From: Auanema rhodensis
Lineage: Eukaryota > Animalia > Nematoda
NCBI GenBank assembly: GCA_964057225.1
Contig: OZ059894.1
Location: 8,556,001 to 8,620,000 of the forward strand
DNA length: 64,000 nucleotides
Direction of reading: 5' to 3'
The position numbers and the translations under genes were made by a program. The notes beneath the pieces are model-generated. The model was not told the DNA's origin and made no database searches. It saw only the letters and a program-made list of their open reading frames with translations. Below are positions 44,247 to 57,283 of this stretch, in pieces; position 1 is the first letter of the stretch; each line of letters starts with the position of its first letter.

Positions 44247-47200
44247 GAGGTCCCGGGTTCAATTCCCGGTTCGGCCCAATTTTTGATTTGATAACTGAAT
44301 TCGAAGTGTTATTGATTCTCATTCATACTGTAATCATCAAGCTTTGTCCTTTTTGTAAAAAAATGACTAAACAAGTTAAAGAATATATTATAAATTAACA
44401 ATTTCACAAAATCTCTCTTATTTTTGAAAATTACTTCTAAACTTTATGGCCGAATGGTCTAGGGGTATGATTCTCGCTTCGGGTGTGAGAGGTCCCGGGT
44501 TCAATTCCCGGTTCAGCCCAATTTTTTGATTTGATAACTCAAATCGAAGTATTAATGATTCTGATTCATAATCTAATCATCACGCTTTGTCCTTTTTTGT
44601 AAAAAAATGACTAAAGAAGTTGAAGAATATATTATATTCCCACAATTTCACAAAATCTCTCTTATTTTTGAAAATTACTTCTAAACTTTATGGCCGAATG
44701 GTCTAGGGGTATGATTCTCGCTTCGGGTGCGAGAGGTCCCGGGTTCAATTCCCGGTTCGGCCCAATTTTTGATTTGATAACTGAATTCGAAGTGTTATTG
44801 ATTCTCATTCATACTGTAATCATCAAGCTTTGTCCTTTTTGTAAAAAAATGACTAAACAAGTTAAAGAATATATTATAAATTAACAATTTCACAAAATCC
44901 TTCTTATTTTTTGAAAATTACTTCTAAACTTTATGGCCGAATGGTCTAGGGGTATGATTCTCGCTTCGGGTGCGAGAGGTCCCGGGTTCAATTCCCGGTT
45001 CGGCCCAATTTTTTGATTTGTTATCTCAAATCGAAGTATTAATGATTCTCATTCATAATGTAATCATCAAGCTTTGTCCTTTTTGTAAAAAAATGACTAA
45101 ACAAGTTAAAGAATATATTATAAATTAACAATTTCACAAAATCTCTCTTATTTTTGAAAATTACTTCTAAACTTTATGGCCGAATGGTCTAGGGGTATGA
45201 TTCTCGCTTCGGGTGCGAGAGGTCCCGGGTTCAATTCCCGGTTCGGCCCAATTTTTGATTTGATAACTGAATTCGAAGTGTTATTGATTCTCATTCATAC
45301 TGTAATCATCAAGCTTTGTCCTTTTTGTAAAAAAATGACTAAACAAGTTAAAGAATATATTATAAATTAACAATTTCACAAAATCCTTCTTATTTTTTGA
45401 AAATTACTTCTAAACTTTATGGCCGAATGGTCTAGGGGTATGATTCTCGCTTCGGGTGCGAGAGGTCCCGGGTTCAATTCCCGGTTCGGCCCAATTTTTG
45501 ATTTGATAACTGAGTTCGAAGTGTTATTGATTCTCATTCATACTGTAATCATCAAGCTTTGTCCTTTTTGTAAAAAAATGACTAAACAAGTTAAAGAATA
45601 TATTATAAATTAACAATTTCACAAAATCTCTCTTATTTTTGAAAATTACTTCTAAACTTTATGGCCGAATGGTCTAGGGGTATGATTCTCGCTTCGGGTG
45701 CGAGAGGTCCCGTGTTCAATTCCCGGTTCGGCCCAATTTTTGATTCGTTAACTGAAATCGAAGTATTAATGATTCTGATTCATTATCTAATCATCACGCT
45801 TTGTCCTTTCTTGTAAAAAAATGACTAAACAAGTTAAAGAATATATTATAAATTAACAATTTCACAAAATCTCTCTTATTTTTTGAAAATTACTTCTAAA
45901 CTTTATGGCCGAATGGTCTAGGGGTATGATTCTCGCTTCGGGTGCGAGAGGTCCCGGGTTCAATTCCCGGTTCGGCCCAATTTTTTGATTTGTTATCTCA
46001 AATCGAAGTATTAATGATTCTCATTCATAATGTAATCATCAAGCTTTGTCCTTTTTTGTAAAAAAATGACTAAACAAGTTAAAGAATATATTATATTCCC
46101 ACAATTTCACAAAAACTCTCCTATTTTTTGAAAATTACTTCTAAACTTTATGGCCGAATGGTCTAGGGGTATGATTCTCGCTTCGGGTGCGAGAGGTCCC
46201 GGGTTCAATTCCCGGTTCGGCCCAATTTTTGATTTGATAACTGAATTCGAAGTGTTATTGATTCTCATTCATACTGTAATCATCAAGCTTTGTCCTTTTT
46301 GTAAAAAAATGACTAAACAAGTTAAAGAATATATTATAAATTAACAATTTCACAAAATCTCTCTTATTTTTGAAAATTACTTCTAAACTTTATGGCCGAA
46401 TGGTCTAGGGGTATGATTCTCGCTTCGGGTGTGAGAGGTCCCGGGTTCAATTCCCGGTTCAGCCCAATTTTTTGATTTGATAACTCAAATCGAAGTATTA
46501 ATGATTCTGATTCATAATCTAATCATCACGCTTTGTCCTTTTTTGTAAAAAAATGACTATTTTTTGAAAATTACTTCTAAACTTTATGGCCGAATGGTCT
46601 AGGGGTATGATTCTCGCTTCGGGTGCGAGAGGTCCCGGGTTCAATTCCCGGTTCGGCCCAATTTTTTGATTTGTTATCTCAAATCGAAGTATTAATGATT
46701 CTCATTCATAATGTAATCATCAAGCTTTGTCCTTTTTTGTAAAAAAATGACTAAACAAGTTAAAGAATATATTATATTCCCACAATTTCACAAAAACTCT
46801 CCTATTTTTTGAAAATTACTTCTAAACTTTATGGCCGAATGGTCTAGGGGTATGATTCTCGCTTCGGGTGCGAGAGGTCCCGGGTTCAATTCCCGGTTCG
46901 GCCCAATTTTTTGATTTGTTATCTCAAATCGAAGTATTAATGATTCTCATTCATAATGTAATCATCAAGCTTTGTCCTTTTTTGTAAAAAAATGACTAAA
47001 CAAGTTAAAGAATATATTATATTCCCACAATTTCACAAAAACTCTCCTATTTTTTGAAAATTACTTCTAAACTTTATGGCCGAATGGTCTAGGGGTATGA
47101 TTCTCGCTTCGGGTGCGAGAGGTCCCGGGTTCAATTCCCGGTTCGGCCCAATTTTTGATTTGATAACTGAATTCGAAGTGTTATTGATTCTCATTCATAC

Positions 47201-49943
47201 TGTAATCATCAAGCTTTGTCCTTTTTGTAAAAAAATGACTAAACAAGTTAAAGAATATATTATAAATTAACAATTCCACAAAATCTCTCTTATTTTTGAA
47301 AATTACTTCTAAACTTTATGGCCGAATGGTCTAGGGGTATGATTCTCGCTTCGGGTGCGAGAGGTCCCGTGTTCAATTCCCGGTTCGGCCCAATTTTTGA
47401 TTCGTTAACTGAAATCGAAGTATTAATGATTCTGATTCATTATCTAATCATCACGCTTTGTCCTTTCTTGTAAAAAAATGACTAAACAAGTTAAAGAATA
47501 TATTATAAATTAACAATTTCACAAAATCTCTCTTATTTTTTGAAAATTACTTCTAAACTTTATGGCCGAATGGTCTAGGGGTATGATTCTCGCTTCGGGT
47601 GCGAGAGGTCCCGGGTTCAATTCCCGGTTCGGCCCAATTTTTGATTTGATAACTGAAATCGAAGTATTAATGATTCTGATTCATTATCTAATCTTCACGC
47701 TTTGTCCTTTCTTGTAAAAAAATGACTAAACAAGTTAAAGAATATATTATAAATTAACAATTTCACAAAATCTCTCTTATTTTTTGAAAATTACTTCTAA
47801 ACTTTATGGCCGAATGGTCTAGGGGTATGATTCTCGCTTCGGGTGCGAGAGGTCCCGGGTTCAATTCCCGGTTCGGCCCAATTTTTTGATTTGTTAACTG
47901 AAATCGAAGAATTAATGATTCTGATTCATTATCTAATCATCACGCTTTGTCCTTTCTTGTAAAAAAATGACTAAACAAGTTAAAGAATATATTATAAATT
48001 AACAATTTCACAAAATCTCTCTTATTTTTTGAAAATTACTTCTAAACTTTATGGCCGAATGGTCTAGGGGTATGATTCTCGCTTCGGGTGCGAGAGGTCC
48101 CGGGTTCAATTCCCGGTTCGGCCCAATTTTTTGATTTGTTATCTCAAATCGAAGTATTAATGATTCTCATTCATAATGTAATCATCAAGCTTTGTCCTTT
48201 TTTGTAAAAAAATGACTAAACAAGTTAAAGAATATATTATATTCCCACAATTTCACAAAAACTCTCCTATTTTTTGAAAATTACTTCTAAACTTTATGGC
48301 CGAATGGTCTAGGGGTATGATTCTCGCTTCGGGTGCGAGAGGTCCCGGGTTCAATTCCCGGTTCGGCCCAATTTTTGATTTGATAACTGAATTCGAAGTG
48401 TTATTGATTCTCATTCATACTGTAATCATCAAGCTTTGTCCTTTTTGTAAAAAAATGACTAAACAAGTTAAAGAATATATTATAAATTAACAATTTCACA
48501 AAATCCTTCTTATTTTTTGAAAATTACTTCTAAACTTTATGGCCGAATGGTCTAGGGGTATGATTCTCGCTTCGGGTGCGAGAGGTCCCGGGTTCAATTC
48601 CCGGTTCGGCCCAATTTTTTGATTTGTTATCTCAAATCGAAGTATTAATGATTCTCATTCATAATGTAATCATCAAGCTTTGTCCTTTTTTGTAAAAAAA
48701 TGACTAAACAAGTTAAAGAATATATTATATTCCCACAATTTCACCAAAACTCTCCTATTTTTTGAAAATTACTTCTAAACTTTATGGCCGAATGGTCTAG
48801 GGGTATGATTCTCGCTTCGGGTGCGAGAGGTCCCGGGTTCAATTCCCGGTTCGGCCCAATTTTTGATTTGATAACTGAGTTCGAAGTGTTATTGATTCTC
48901 ATTCATACTGTAATCATCAAGCTTTGTCCTTTTTGTAAAAAAATGACTAAACAAGTTAAAGAATATATTATAAATTAACAATTTCACAAAATCTCTCTTA
49001 TTTTTGAAAATTACTTCTAAACTTTATGGCCGAATGGTCTAGGGGTATGATTCTCGCTTCGGGTGCGAGAGGTCCCGTGTTCAATTCCCGGTTCGGCCCA
49101 ATTTTTGATTCGTTAACTGAAATCGAAGTATTAATGATTCTGATTCATTATCTAATCATCACGCTTTGTCCTTTCTTGTAAAAAAATGACTAAACAAGTT
49201 AAAGAATATATTATAAATTAACAATTTCACAAAATCTCTCTTATTTTTTGAAAATTACTTCTAAACTTTATGGCCGAATGGTCTAGGGGTATGATTCTCG
49301 CTTCGGGTGCGAGAGGTCCCGGGTTCAATTCCCGGTTCGGCCCAATTTTTTGATTTGTTATCTCAAATCGAAGTATTAATGATTCTCATTCATAATGTAA
49401 TCATCAAGCTTTGTCCTTTTTTGTAAAAAAATGACTAAACAAGTTAAAGAATATATTATATTCCCACAATTTCACAAAAACTCTCCTATTTTTTGAAAAT
49501 TACTTCTAAACTTTATGGCCGAATGGTCTAGGGGTATGATTCTCGCTTCGGGTGCGAGAGGTCCCGGGTTCAATTCCCGGTTCGGCCCAATTTTTGATTT
49601 GATAACTGAATTCGAAGTGTTATTGATTCTCATTCATACTGTAATCATCAAGCTTTGTCCTTTTTGTAAAAAAATGACTAAACAAGTTAAAGAATATATT
49701 ATAAATTAACAATTTCACAAAATCTCTCTTATTTTTGAAAATTACTTCTAAACTTTATGGCCGAATGGTCTAGGGGTATGATTCTCGCTTCGGGTGTGAG
49801 AGGTCCCGGGTTCAATTCCCGGTTCAGCCCCATTTTTTGATTTGATAACTCAAATCGAAGTATTAATGATTCTGATTCATAATCTAATCATCACGCTTTG
49901 TCCTTTTTTGTAAAAAAATGACTAAAGAAGTTGAAGAATATAT
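44247..49943 (+). repeat. tRNA-Pro(CGG) array block (3' half of split copy + 23 full copies)
   Basis: Starts at 44448 ... 49759. Confidence 0.96.
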
Positions 49944-50355
49944 TATCGCGAATGCGATTATCCATCATTCAATCGATGCAATCTCATCACGTTGGCTGAT
50001 GAGATTCACGGGCACTCTGTTTTATACCACCGTCGCGGACGGTCGCTTTTCTCTCTCCTCGTTGCTGTCTTTATCTTATGACTCATCTAGTCTGAACCAC
50101 CGTTTTATCCTTGTCCTTTAGTAAGACTATCTCTAGTCTCATTAGTGATGTATATCTAGTCTTATTACATTCACTCTAGTCTTCTATGTATTTTATCTAG
50201 TCTTATTATATATCTTCTAGTCCTTATATTCTGTATTATGTATATCTGAATGGCATATGAATGAATCTTTCTTCCTCTAATAGTATTTTACGTTAACAGG
50301 GCATAGAATAGAAAGTGTGAACCTGGGAGGCTATTTGAAGAGCCCTCTATCTTCA
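49944..50355 (+). repeat. 5' LTR of copy B
   Basis: TATCGCGA...CTTCA followed by AAA and PBS (50359-50370). Confidence 0.92.
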
Positions 50356-50372
50356 AAATGGTGCATCGGCAT

Positions 50373-50718
50373 CACTTTCTATTCTATGCCCTGTTAACGT
50401 AAAATACTATTAGAGGAAGAAAGATTCATTCATATGCCATTCAGATATACATAATACAGAATATAAGGACTAGAAGATATATAATAAGACTAGATAAAAT
50501 ACATAGAAGACTAGAGTGAATGTAATAAGACTAGATATACATCACTAATGAGACTAGAGATAGTCTTACTAAAGGACAAGGATAAAACGGTGGTTCAGAC
50601 TAGATGAGTCATAAGATAAAGACAGCAACGAGGAGAGAGAAAAGCGACCGTCCGCGACGGTGGTATAAAACAGAGTGCCCGTGAATCTCATCAGCCAACG
50701 TGATGAGATTGCATCGAT
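50373..50718 (-). repeat. Inverted partial LTR (346 bp) followed by a duplicated PBS (50724-50735)
   Basis: Reverse complement of 49972-50317. Confidence 0.9.
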
Positions 50719-53513
50719 CAAAATGGTGCATCGGCATCACTTTCTACTCTATGACCTTTCTATTGCGCTACTTTATCTTTTTTCTTTTTTTTTCTTCAAG
50801 CCAGTCTGCTCGTTAATAGTGACTCGTTGGATGTCCTTTACAGTATAAGTTCACTGATCTAAATACTCTAAAGGAATCGTATGTCAGTATGACATAATTG
50901 GTTGTTAAATATTGTCTAGATATCAGTGATAATTAAACATTATTTAAAATTTTGGTTGATACCATATTTTTGTACCACATGATTACAGAAAGTAACATAG
51001 TGGGTTGTTCGCTATATAAACTCTATTGGATTACCCAATGGCTACTTCCTTTAACTTGCCGGCAGTGACTCAGCTGGGATTGATCACCCCTTATTATGTT
51101 TCACAGTATTTTCCTAGGAAGAATATGCGAGAGTACGAGAAAAATGCAGACAAAGTACCAACAAACACATTTTATGGCGATCTTATTTTTACTGACTGAG
51201 GACAGTGAGAAACAATGATATGAATTACGCATTAGCAAAGCTACCGTCTAAAAACGCTATTTATTCATTTATTCTTTGATTTTGAGACCTTTTTATATCT
51301 TTTATATTTTACGTAACTTTCAATAATCATTGCAAACAGTTTTGATAGACTTCGAGTGCAAAAGTTATTTTAACAATTGTGAATCAATTGAATAGGTGAC
51401 TAAAAGGCATCTTAGACCAATGTCTCCTTGCTATATGAGTAATGCTGTCTGTTTCCTCATCTGTAAAGGAGTCAGTATCTTAGAGATCAACGATTATTTG
51501 TGAACATGTGTGGAAGGAGCCTATCAACAAGGAACGTCTGTTGACCTACTTGTTGATGTTTGTTTGGTACCCTTGCACTCTCGGTAGGTGTTGTTTATAT
51601 AAAAATGCGAAAGAGTTCCGAGTTTTTACTATTTACGGCTTGTTTTATAGTTTTTAAATTTCTTTATTCATCCATTGTCTGTAAATCTATTGTTTCCAAC
51701 CATATGAGTCATATGTAACGACCAACGGGTCAATGAGAAAGGTCAGAGTCCAAATCATGAAATTCATAAAATTTATATATTTTATCTTATATAAGATCAT
51801 CACCCACGTTCTATAGGACAAAATACATTAACTATATTGTTAAAATCCTACGCAGATGAAAATTTCTGTGAAAAATCACAAAACATCATAATATCCCATC
51901 CTACATAGATGAGATAATGATAAGACACGAAAGAGCTACGAATTATCATCCTACGCATGTTAAAGCATAAAATATAAATCTCAGCAAAGGTTAAGAGATA
52001 TTTCCAACATTTTGCACCAAAAAGTCGATTTTAGCAAATATGTTGACAAGATACGCGAAAAAAGACAAAAGATGTTGCCATCTGTTCATTGACCTGGTGC
52101 GGCGCCATTAGCACCACGCAAACATCTCTCACACATTATCTAGGTCATCATCGAATGACATGGAATATCAAAACATTTTAAAATGTTATGAGAAGTTAAC
52201 CCACTCGTTTTGTTTCAAACGCATTAAATAATCTCATTTAATAATCTTACATATACTTTTTGCAGATTAGCTCCTCCCTCTTAACATCCCACACGGCCTA
52301 GCTGCCAGACAGGTCATTCATTCCGCCGCTACAACCAGCCACAGCACCCGACGCCATCTGCTAACCTATTCACCAGACAAGGACAATCGACATCAAGGAT
52401 CCTCAAGGAGAATCAAGTTAGTTTTCATTTGTTCGCATTAACACTTTAACCGCTTATTGAATTTGAATTGATACTCTCTGGTATCAATTATACATTTACA
52501 TTAAGTTGGTAAGTTATTTTATAATTTCAATTTGTTTTATTTTAATTTTATTATTTCACATTTTATATTGTTTATATTTCATTCACATCTGTTATCTTAT
52601 ACAATTTCCTTTGTTCATCTGTCCAGAAATAAATCTTTTGTCTCAAATCACTCATCCTTTTCATACACATACTTTCTGATCAATCAAACAATAATATTTT
52701 GAATATTTTTTGGATATCCTTATTATATTTCAACCAATTAATATTAATATTGATATTATATTTTTTGATAAAAAACAACAGCATATTTAGTATCAAATTA
52801 CTCAGAAAACTTTACTGAATTCATCCAAGCTAGTTTGCTCACATTTTTTGATCGATTTTGGGAAACTCAATTTTTTCTCTCTATTTCCTACAGTAATCTC
52901 TCAACTTGAATTGTTCTCTCATCTAGTGAATCATCCAATTTTTCTTTTTTAACCAGAGAAAGATACTTATTGAATTATCTTTGCCTGAACAATCTCCATT
53001 TTAAAAAAAAAAAAAAAAAAAATTAAAAATATACTAACTTAGCTAACAAAAAAAAAAAAAAATATATTCAAAAGATAAAACATACATTTTTTTACAAAAG
53101 ATTCCACACAAGTAATTTAACGAAACAGTAACAACTACACGAAAAAACTAACAGTATAACTCTCCAAAGAAAAAACTGTTAACAAATATTCAACTAAATA
53201 TTCATTGTACCTTCTAATAGTGAACTATTTGCTTATCTTATTTGCTTATATTACTTGTTTATTTATATTCCTATTTATATTATATATTGTTATTCCTTCT
53301 ATCGACAGCTATTATATTCGGACTTTAATTCAATTGATTTTAATAATCAATCCACAAATTAGCTAGATTAAACACAAAATTAACTTGAACAATAATATTT
53401 CTCTTCAAACAAAATGATTATGAGTCCCTCTTCTCCATCGGAAACTCGTAACTCGTAACCTGACTGCCTTAGCAAGACAGTTAAGTTGTTTAAAAAGAAA
53501 TATAACTCACGCG

Positions 53514-56500
53514 TTGAAGTTGTTCAACACGGTGAAGGAGGACATCCTCCCGTACCATCAAGCATTCATCTTCCCCCCGGTTGATGACATTGACAGATGT
53601 CGAGAGTTCATACATACGCACAAGCCTAGCTTGATGCGTATATATTATAAAGCCATCCCGGTTGGGGACGTCTTCCGATCACTACGAGATCAGTTAGACG
53701 AACATCGAGTGGTGCTCGAGGAACGCACCCATGTGGACTACCCAGCAACTTGGTTGGAATTATACCAAGGTAGCTATAAAAGGATGTTGGCCAAACACCC
53801 TCAAGCCCATAAGACCATGAAAGCTCATGAAATCGACCAACTTGTCACCAAAGACATTGGCGAAGAACATCCGCCCACAGTTGCAAAACTGATCAAGGGC
53901 ATTTTGGACTATTGTGATGAGAGAGATCTCATTGTGAACACAGGCGAAGTTGAGGAATATACTCAACTTATCCAACTTCGCCGAGATGAACTCGATGACT
54001 ATCAGAGTTCATTTGACTCTACAGTACATGACTCAACAACATTGCAAAATGACATGAACAGAATGAAATACTCCAGAAAAAATTTAGAGATGAGTTTCTT
54101 TTCTGGAATACAAAAACATTTAAACAACATTCAGAAAACACTTGACAAAATTTGGCAACGATGGCATAATGAATATGTCGTCGCCCTTCGAGCAACACAC
54201 ATGTTGGATCACAAGCAAGGACATTTCTCCACAGCTACACCAAAAGTAGGCACAGTAGTGCTAATGTCAGATGACAATACGAAACGAAACCAGTGGAAAA
54301 TGGGTTTAATAACAAGCATACAGAACACGGAATCTGTGAGAGTTGCAGAAGTCCGTACATCTGATGGACACAAACTAATTAGACCCATCAATCGCCTGAT
54401 TCCCCTTGAAATTCCTTCCGACAACGAGCATCATACGGAAAACAGTCATACGCAGTCCCCACACAAATCAGACAAAACTGTCACGTTTAAAGAAACTCCA
54501 GAGGTCATTTTACTCGATAACGAAGTATCCACCGTTGTGGAAACCAGCACATCGACCGGACCCAATACAACTGAAAACGTGATAGACCCAAACGTTATCA
54601 CTATCAACGATGATGATGACATCGAAGTGATCACCATTGCAGATGATGAAGGTGAAAATGAACCACAACCTCGAAAACGACAACGTCTCCCCAGTTACAC
54701 ACATTTTTTCATAGCCATGATACTGGGTATTCTCGTCAATACAATGTCCGCAACCAACATCTGCCAGTTCTCTTGCATCAAAGGAGGAGTAGGCATATCA
54801 AACTGCGGTACTGGACATCCCATCCGAGTTTGTGCCCGAGAAACATGTGTAGAGTACAACCCAAATACTCCCAACTTCACCATAGTATTTCCGGCTCATG
54901 TTGTATTGCATGACCACACATTCATCTCACGACATATTATCGATAAAAATGACACATTTGCATTGCATCAACTGGATTGTCCAGCAACTCCGTTTTGCGA
55001 TATGATTCAATGTCTGTTCTGTCTTGAACTACTCCACAACCCATCTTGTTTCCCATACGCAGCACTCTCGGCGACCGCACTCATCATATGGCTCATTCTA
55101 TTTAGCATTCTTTTAAGCATCATAGTCATCCGAATTTGTTCTAAAAAATTTGTTCATATTGCACAATACACCCTTTTTTCCGTTTGGCGTATGATCACTC
55201 AATGTCTCCCATCTCATATAAGATCTCATATCTCTATTCAGGAAGAACGATCGGTACTCGAGTACGTCCCGCTCAGTTCTCACAAGCTACCTCGATGGCA
55301 GAAGTCTACACCCTCACAACGATCACGACAACGTGACCGATTAGTTCACCGAGTCGGGTATCTTTTGGTTGCAATAATCGTCATTTTTTTGATTGAATCT
55401 CTTGTAGTTAATGCATGTACTATTGTTCCTCCGAGTATATCACATGTTCCAGGCAACTCCGTCTCGAACTTATCACCTACCCACCAAGTCAACCAAGTCA
55501 GCAGCTCCACCACCCTCCATACTTACGATAATGAGGTATGTTTCACAACTTCACATTCAAACCGATCATACGCCAATCCCCTCACGAACTCACACCTGCG
55601 CATCAAACTTATGTATACACGTATACTGTGCACGAAAGTATCCTTATTTTTTACACGTCACACCATCGTAAAAACTGAATCCGCAAAACGGTGTCCCCAT
55701 ATGGGCTCTTGTGTAGGATCGTTTTGTGCGAACGTTCGACCCAATACATCAATCTCAGAACTCTCATTAGCCAACCAATATCCAGGTACCAGCTATTGTT
55801 CAGAAAGCTGTGGATTTCTATCATGCGGTTGTGCGTTGCCAACTTCTGGTTGTCTCTTCTATCGCAACTTTCATGTTCCCAATGACAATATCACCCACGA
55901 AGTTTTCTACTGCTCACGATGGACACCTAGGGTTTTTCTCCAGATTAGCATCCATACAGCTATTGAGAACAAAACTGAAACGATCTCGCACGTCCCCTTT
56001 TTACCACACTCTACAAAAATCATTAACGGGTACCATATTACTCTTGGGAGAATAACATATTCTGATAATGAAATCCTCCATAGACGATTCATTACTTCCA
56101 ACTCGAGAATTGCAGTTTTACCTCACTCTGCTACATTTTCATACTCGTGCGGAAAAGTTAAAACCGCTGACCCATTCTCCGAATGTACTGTAACAGACAC
56201 ATGTTCATGCAGACCAGCCGAAACAGTCGAAAATTGCTATTGTCAGGACAGCAATCCTAACATGCTCTATACTAATAACTACACCCTACCATTATCTCTT
56301 CCATCTCTGACCATGATCCCAAAAAACAATCTCATTTTTGCTCATCCCATAAGCGCTGTTGACATTAAAATGTGGACAAATATCTCAGATGTCACTTATG
56401 AATACGACAATAGTCCTACTATTTGCGAACTAAAATCCAAAGACCTAGTTGGATGTTTTGACTGTGTTACTGGAGCAACAACAATCATTACTTGCATCAG

Positions 56501-57056
56501 TACATCATCCCACATTCGAATTTCGTGCGACGATGAAGAATTTCTGCTTACATGCAATTCTCAGGGTTACAACAACTCTATTCCCATACAGAGCAATTTT
56601 TCAACACCGTCTATAACGTGTACTCATCCGTGTACTTCCGCCACATTACATCTCAAAGGCAACTTGTACTACGTGAACGAATACATAGGTTTTGAACAGT
56701 CCACTCATCAGATTACAAACAGTTCATTCAGTCTCCTGAACGTCGAGTTTACCATACCGAGCTTTTTTGTACCCACTCACTTAATCAGCTCACTTGTTTC
56801 GTTTTACTCGGACTACCTTAAAACGATTGTAATACTATTGAGTGTTTTGATCACAGTACTCGGCTTTGTAACCGCCGTAATTGACCGCGTCTTCCAGTTG
56901 TCAAGTACACCCGCTCTCCTAGCATATTTACCCATACAAATACTTATTATCTGCGCAATTCCTTTTCGCATCATTTTTTTCACAATTCATTTGTTGTTCA
57001 AGATTGTAGTTCGAGCCAGTCATAGCGCAGTGGCTAAGGGTACGCACTCTCAGTGA
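53514..57056 (+). CDS. Gag N-terminus/DUF5641-like/Gn-Gc envelope polyprotein, copy B
   Basis: Identical protein to 37498-41040; first in-frame ATG at 53634; probable ancestral ATG at 53414 is out of frame. Confidence 0.88.
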   Translation: MKLFNTVKEDILPYHQAFIFPPVDDIDRCREFIHTHKPSLMRIYYKAIPVGDVFRSLRDQLDEHRVVLEERTHVDYPATWLELYQGSYKRMLAKHPQAHKTMKAHEIDQLVTKDIGEEHPPTVAKLIKGILDYCDERDLIVNTGEVEEYTQLIQLRRDELDDYQSSFDSTVHDSTTLQNDMNRMKYSRKNLEMSFFSGIQKHLNNIQKTLDKIWQRWHNEYVVALRATHMLDHKQGHFSTATPKVGTVVLMSDDNTKRNQWKMGLITSIQNTESVRVAEVRTSDGHKLIRPINRLIPLEIPSDNEHHTENSHTQSPHKSDKTVTFKETPEVILLDNEVSTVVETSTSTGPNTTENVIDPNVITINDDDDIEVITIADDEGENEPQPRKRQRLPSYTHFFIAMILGILVNTMSATNICQFSCIKGGVGISNCGTGHPIRVCARETCVEYNPNTPNFTIVFPAHVVLHDHTFISRHIIDKNDTFALHQLDCPATPFCDMIQCLFCLELLHNPSCFPYAALSATALIIWLILFSILLSIIVIRICSKKFVHIAQYTLFSVWRMITQCLPSHIRSHISIQEERSVLEYVPLSSHKLPRWQKSTPSQRSRQRDRLVHRVGYLLVAIIVIFLIESLVVNACTIVPPSISHVPGNSVSNLSPTHQVNQVSSSTTLHTYDNEVCFTTSHSNRSYANPLTNSHLRIKLMYTRILCTKVSLFFTRHTIVKTESAKRCPHMGSCVGSFCANVRPNTSISELSLANQYPGTSYCSESCGFLSCGCALPTSGCLFYRNFHVPNDNITHEVFYCSRWTPRVFLQISIHTAIENKTETISHVPFLPHSTKIINGYHITLGRITYSDNEILHRRFITSNSRIAVLPHSATFSYSCGKVKTADPFSECTVTDTCSCRPAETVENCYCQDSNPNMLYTNNYTLPLSLPSLTMIPKNNLIFAHPISAVDIKMWTNISDVTYEYDNSPTICELKSKDLVGCFDCVTGATTIITCISTSSHIRISCDDEEFLLTCNSQGYNNSIPIQSNFSTPSITCTHPCTSATLHLKGNLYYVNEYIGFEQSTHQITNSSFSLLNVEFTIPSFFVPTHLISSLVSFYSDYLKTIVILLSVLITVLGFVTAVIDRVFQLSSTPALLAYLPIQILIICAIPFRIIFFTIHLLFKIVVRASHSAVAKGTHSQ

Positions 57057-57283
57057 TTGATGACGGGTTCAATACCCAGTGAGTCCTCGATTTATTTTCT
57101 CGATTTCTTAGTTCCCTATCATAGCAAACGATTGTTCAATTTGATTTACACCAGTCCTACACAATTTATCATTTTGCCGCGGGGAGGTATACTACGTATA
57201 AAAACCATCATTATTTCAGTCTTGATAACATCAAAGAATGGAGCGATTCCCTTGATCAACTCCAGGATAACGGCAACTCAAAG

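Noticed and set aside
49980-50010. Hammerhead ribozyme/Penelope pseudo-LTR (CTGATGA core, inverted LTR, variable TSD)
   Set aside because: CTGATGA lies in a simple AATCTCATCA/TGATGAGATT hairpin with no properly placed GAAA; the element has a tRNA PBS and BEL-type ORFs
49944-50735. DIRS-like inverted terminal repeat architecture
   Set aside because: No tyrosine recombinase, and the inversion is private to one of the two copies
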